Assembly: GCA_963823555.1 (NCBI GenBank)
Contig: CAWGMA010000001.1
Location: 1,216,050 to 1,280,049 of the forward strand
Origin: Candidatus Eiseniibacteriota bacterium
GTDB lineage: Bacteria; Eisenbacteria; RBG-16-71-46; CAVPCR01
DNA length: 64,000 nt
Direction of reading: 5' to 3'
The translations under genes and the position numbers were made by a program. Positions within the stretch are counted from its first letter, which is position 1, and each line of letters starts with the position of its first letter. The notes under the pieces were generated by a model that was not told where the DNA came from, made no database searches, and saw only the letters and a program-made list of their open reading frames with translations. Below are positions 59,966-64,000 of this stretch, piece by piece.

Positions 59966-60920
59966 GGAGTCGGAGCTGTCCTCGTCATCGCGCTTCCTCC
60001 GCAGCGGCCGCCGCCGGGATGAGGCCCATGGCCCGCGCCTCGGCCGCGAGCTTCCGGGCCCGCTGCGACCACCGGCGGATCGATCATCTTCGACCCGAGG
60101 CTCACCACGCCGAGACCGCGCCGCCTCGGCCTCCTCGAAGGCGGCGACGATGCGCCAGCGCCTTCTCGATCTCCGCCGCGCGGCGGGGCGAAGGCCTCGT
60201 GGATGACCGGGATCTGGCGCGGGTGGACGCAGCCCATGCCCTCGAAGCCAAGCGCGCGCGAGCGCTCGCCCAGGCGCCGCAGGCCCGTCGAGGTCGTCGA
60301 CGTCGCCGTAGACCGAGTCGATGGCCTGCACGCCGGCCGCCCGCGCCGCGTTGACCAGCCGCAGCCGCGCGCAGAGCGACTCTCGGCTCCCTCGCCGGTC
60401 TTCACGCACGCCGAGGTCGGCGGTGTAGTCCTCGAGGCCGATGGTCAGCGCGCACACGCGCGGGCGAGGCCGCGGCGATCTCGAAGGCGTTCTCGATGCC
60501 GAGGGCGGACTCGAGGATCGGCATGAGCCAGACCGGCCGGTCGCTGCCGTGCCGGGCCTGGATCGCGGCGATCGTCGCGATCGACCTCGCGGACCTGCTC
60601 GGCGCGTCTCGACCTTGGGGATCAGGATCAGGTCGGGGCTCTCGGGGACGATCTGCGTCCAGATCCTCGAGCCCGAGCGGCAGCTGGTTGATCCGCACCA
60701 TCCGCTCGGCGCCTCCGAAGTCGACGGCGCGCAGCGCGTTGCGCACCAGCGAGCCGGGCCGCGTCCTTCTCGTCGGGGTGCACCGAGTCCTCGAGGTCGA
60801 GGATGACGCCGTCGGCGCCGGTGGAGCCCGGCGTTGACCATGAACTTGGGCTCGTTGCCCGGGCAGGTAGAGCCGCGAGCGGCGGAGGCGATCCCGCGCC
60901 GACGCCGGTGGCGGCGCCAC
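59965..60920 (-). pseudogene. citE: citrate lyase beta subunit (citryl-CoA lyase), disrupted by multiple frameshifts
   Basis: CitE blocks split over at least 3 frames: RRSRLYLPGQ; ADGVILDLEDSVHPDEKDAARL; AERMVRINQL; PVWLMPILESALGIENAFEIAAAS; ALTIGLEDYTADLG; VQAIDSVYGDVDDLDGL...ALGFEGMGCVHPRQIPVIHEAF; GLGVVSLGSKMIDPPVV. End boundary approximate. Confidence 0.6.
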
Positions 60921-60999
60921 GAGGCGCTCGGGCCGGGCATCGCCGTCGTGCGACGCCGGCTCGCCGCGCCGCCGCCTCGACCCGCGCCGCGATCACGAA

Positions 61000-61286
61000 C
61001 GGCAGCGCGCCGGGTCTCGATCTCGACCCGCGCGTGTCCGCACGCCAAGGCGTCCCAGGACGTCCTGGCACCTGCGCGCGGATCGCCTCGCCGTAGTAGG
61101 GCTCGACCTGCGACTCGAGGTCGAGCTCGAGCCCGCCGCCGTCCGCGCGGCTCGACCGCGACCCAGAGGTCGGAGCGGACCTCGTCCCCCCGGCGGCCCG
61201 CGGTGCCGCGCCCCGCCCGGCCCGTTCTCGTTCATCGTATTCACGGCGTCGCTCCGCTCAGCCAGCTGGGCGAGGATCGCGTCGGT
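61000..61286 (-). pseudogene. citD: citrate lyase acyl carrier protein (gamma subunit), frameshifted after about 25 codons
   Basis: MTDAILAQLAERSDAVNTMNENG resembles the CitD N-terminus (MKIVKEALAGTAESSDLMVKIAP; prosthetic-group Ser in E-S/R-S-D). Its ATG overlaps the icd stop (ATGA). The frame is lost after NENGP. Confidence 0.4.
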
Positions 61287-62458
61287 CATCTGCATCGTGG
61301 TCGCCGCGCCCCGCTCGATGACATCCGGGCCGCCCGGCGAGCCGCATCATGTCGTAGGTGCGCACCTTGCCCTCGCCGACGACCGCGGCCGACCGCGTCG
61401 CGCACCCGCCGGGCCTTCGCCGTCCTCGCCGACGTGGTCGAGCAGCATCGCCGCGGAGAGGATCATGGCGATCGGGTTGACGATCGGCGGATCGAGCTTC
61501 GTCGTACTTCGGCGCCGAGCCGTGGGTCGGCTCGAAGACCGCCACCTCGTCGCCGATGTTGCCGGAGCAGGCGAAGCCGAGGCCGCCGACCAGTCCGGCG
61601 AAGGCGTCGGAGACGATGTCGCCGAACAGGTTGCCGGCCACGATCACGCCGTAGTCCTCGGGGTTCTTGGTCAGCCACATCATCTGCGCGTCGATGTTGG
61701 TGGACCAGAGCTGCGATCTCCGGGGAAGTCCTTCTGCGACCTCCTTCGCCACCTCCTCCATCATGCCCGAGGTCTCGCGCAGCACGTTCGGCTTCTCGCA
61801 GACCGTGACCGACTTGTAGCCGTGCTTGCTGGGCGTACTCGAACGCGGCGCGGACGATGCGCCGGCAGGCGCGCGCGGGTGAAGATCCGGGCGCTGATCG
61901 CCAGGTCCGCGCCCGGCGACCTGGGCGAAGGCCTTGAACTTCGGATGCGTCGCGAGGGCCTCGCGCACGGCCGGCGGCGGGTTGGTCCACTCGACGCCGG
62001 CGTACAGGCCCTCGGTGTTCTGGCGGAAGATCACGGCGTCGACCGGCGGCTCCTCGAAGCCGCCGTCGGCCGTGCGGCGGATGAAGTTCAGCGGGTTGCC
62101 CGGGAAGGAGCGGCAGGGCCGGATGCAGACGTCGAGGTTGAAGCGCTGGCGCATGCCGACGATGGGGCTGAAGTAGACGTAGACCCTTGTCCGCGGAGCT
62201 CGGGCTTGAGCTCGGCCGCCGCCTTGCTTCTTGGGCTTCGAGGTGATGGCACCGAACAGGCCGAGCTTGTGCCCGGCCAGCAGCTCGACCGTGCGCTCGG
62301 GCAGCGCGTTGCCCTCGTTGATCCAGAACTCCCAGCCGATGTCGGCGTGGACGTACTCGGCATCGAAGCCGACCGCGTCGAGCACGCGGATCGCCTCGGG
62401 CAGGACCACCTTGCCGATGCCGTCTCCGGGCATCGTCACGACGGTGTAGCTTGGCCAT
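61258..62458 (-). pseudogene. icd: isocitrate/isopropylmalate dehydrogenase-family enzyme (Icd-like), frameshifted
   Basis: Icd-like blocks: TMPGDGIGKVVLPEAIRVLDAV; FNLDVCIRPCR; VDAVIFRQNTEGLYAGVEW; VTVCEKPNVL; YGVIVAGNLFGDIVSDAFAGLVGGLGFACSGNIGDEVAVFEPTHGSAPKY. True N-terminus MPSYTVVTM is readable only if one G is removed from ATGGCC at 62458. A second frame carries RRIVRAAFEYAQQ. Confidence 0.6.
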
Positions 62459-62512
62459 GTCAGTTCTCCTGTGCTCTCGCGTCCGATTGCGATCGACGTC
62501 GTCAGGCCGAGC

Positions 62513-63030
62513 TCAGCCGTCGCTGACCAGGTTCTCCACGCCGCCGGCGACGACCAGCGCCTGCGGCACCGCGCCCAGCGGCGGGAAGCGGAAACGTCTC
62601 GCCGCCGAAGCGTGATCGTGCCCGCGCGCGAAGTCGACCTCGATCTCGTCGCCCGGAATGACGGTCGTGTCGCCTCGGCGCCGCTCTCCGCCGCGAACAG
62701 CTCGCGCAGGCGGTCGCACGAGCTCCGGGCACTCGATGCAGGGGAACCCGTTGTTGAACGCGTTGCGCAGGTAGGTCTGCGAGAAGCTGCCGGCGATCGA
62801 CCAGCGGGATCCCCTTGGCCTGCAGCGCGGTGACCGCCTGCTCGCGGCTCGAGCCGGTGCCGAAGTTGCAGCCGCCCGACGATCACGTCCCCGGCGCCGC
62901 GTCGCTGCGCGCGAACCCGGGGTCGTAGTTCTCCATGACCACCTCGGCCATCATCTCGCGGCGTCATGTCCTCGCGGTAGGTGTAGTCCTTGCCGTAGAT
63001 GCCGTCGGTGTTGAGGTTGTCCTGCGGCAG
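62513..63030 (-). pseudogene. leuD: 3-isopropylmalate/(homo)aconitate dehydratase small subunit (LeuD type 2), frameshifted
   Basis: [17 protein letters not shown]; [75 protein letters not shown]; C-terminus TTVIPGDEIEVDFARG...LVVAGGVENLVSDG. At least 3 frames, each shift explained by one extra G. Confidence 0.55.
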
Positions 63031-64000
63031 GAAGACGAGCCGGCCCGCTCAGCTGCTCGGGAAAGCCGGCGAGGATCTCGACGCGTCTCGTCGGACGCGG
63101 CCGGGCGTCGGCCGGATCGCTCGATGCGGCGCTCGAGCGGACGCGGTGCCGCGCCAGCGAGCTCGGCCGGGCCCGCGATGTAGCCGGCCACGGCCGACGC
63201 GGCGACGACCGCGGGGCTGGCCAGGTAGCACTGCGCGTCCCGCGATCCCATGCGACCCTTGAAGTTGCGGTTGGTCGCCGAGATGCCGACCTCGCCCGGC
63301 TCGAGCAGGCCCGGTCGCCGAGGCCGATGCAGGGCCCGCAGCCCGGCGGCAGCGGTCGTGGCGCCGGCGTCGAGCAGCGCCTGCCAGGCCCCGCGCCGCT
63401 CGGCCTCCTCCTGGACGTCGCGGCTCGCCGCGGCGACGTAGAGCTCGACCCCGTCGGCGACCTTCTTGCCCCGCAGCACGCGCGGCCGCCGCCGCCGAGG
63501 TCCTCGACCCGCGAGTTGACGCAGGAGACGAGGTAGGCCTTGTGGATCGCGATCTTCCGCGGCTCGATCTCGGCGAGCGGGGTGGCGTCACCTGCACCGT
63601 GTCGGGGCCCGAGACGTGCGGCGTGACCGCCGCGAGATCGAGCGCGATCCGCGCGGCGTAGCTCGGCATCGGCGTCCGGGCGCCGGCGGGTTCTCGGCCC
63701 AGGCCTCGAGGTCGCTCGTCCTGACGCGGTCGATCCCCGCTCGGCGAGGACGCTCCCGGCGCTCGTCGCAGGTACGTCGAGCGTCGACCTCGTCGACCGG
63801 GAACCAGCCGACCAGCGCGCCCCACTCGGTGGTCATGTTGGCGATGGTCAGGCGCTCGTCCAGGGAGAGCGTCGCGACCCCGGGCCCGGCGAACTCGACC
63901 GCGGCGTTCAGCACCTCGCCCTGGTTGTAGAGCCCGCACAGGGCGAGGATCACGTCCTTGCCGGTCGACCCCGGCCGGCAGCGCGCCCTCGAGCACGACC
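63030..64000 (-). pseudogene. leuC: 3-isopropylmalate/aconitate hydratase large subunit (LeuC-like), frameshifted, 5' partial beyond window
   Basis: [56 protein letters not shown]; C-terminal [19 protein letters not shown]...[39 protein letters not shown]. Segments lie in different frames. Confidence 0.55.

Noticed and set aside
60993-61295. Alternative reading of the citD region as a non-coding gap between citE and icd
   Set aside because: The N-terminal 25 residues (MTDAILAQLAERSDAVNTMNENG) fit the CitD prosthetic-group region and the ATG overlaps the icd stop, so a frameshifted citD is more likely. The call is kept at low confidence.

Overview
High-GC (about 68-70%) bacterial chromosomal segment with no rRNA, tRNA, CRISPR array or obvious mobile element. 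About 50 protein-coding genes are supported, mostly housekeeping, and many are translationally coupled by ATGA/GTGA overlaps. Recognisable genes include asd, cysE-like, argS, efp, purN-purC-purH-guaA, cca, ispB, rsfS, comEC, secA, smg-topA-trmFO and xerC. Two secreted proteins carry a type-IX-secretion C-terminal sorting domain and there is a complete bacillithiol operon (bshC-bshB-bshA); together with the GC content this suggests an FCB-group lineage, plausibly Gemmatimonadota (inference). The most interesting candidates are listed below. (1) An HDAC-family deacetylase and a SAM-methyltransferase are translationally coupled to bshCBA, making this a candidate N-methyl-bacillithiol locus. (2) An STT3/PglB/AglB-like oligosaccharyltransferase homolog keeps the EL1 DxD-like and TIXE-like motifs but has a degenerate WWDYG (DWGYG). 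It sits in an operon with pabB-pabC and a small secreted protein bearing three N-x-S/T sequons. (3) A membrane protein fuses a cytoplasmic PP2C-like domain to a periplasmic PQQ beta-propeller. (4) An ExeA/GspA-like AAA+ ATPase carries a C-terminal SPOR domain. (5) A DUF3300-DUF2950-lipoprotein-PspC cluster. Two segments are densely frameshifted by single-base indels, often in G/C runs: secA (46116-49204) and the terminal 5.6 kb encoding leuC/leuD-like, icd, citD, citE and citF on the minus strand. Everything else reads cleanly, which points to local sequence-quality problems rather than true gene decay. Many long antisense ORFs in the six-frame track are high-GC artifacts and were not called.
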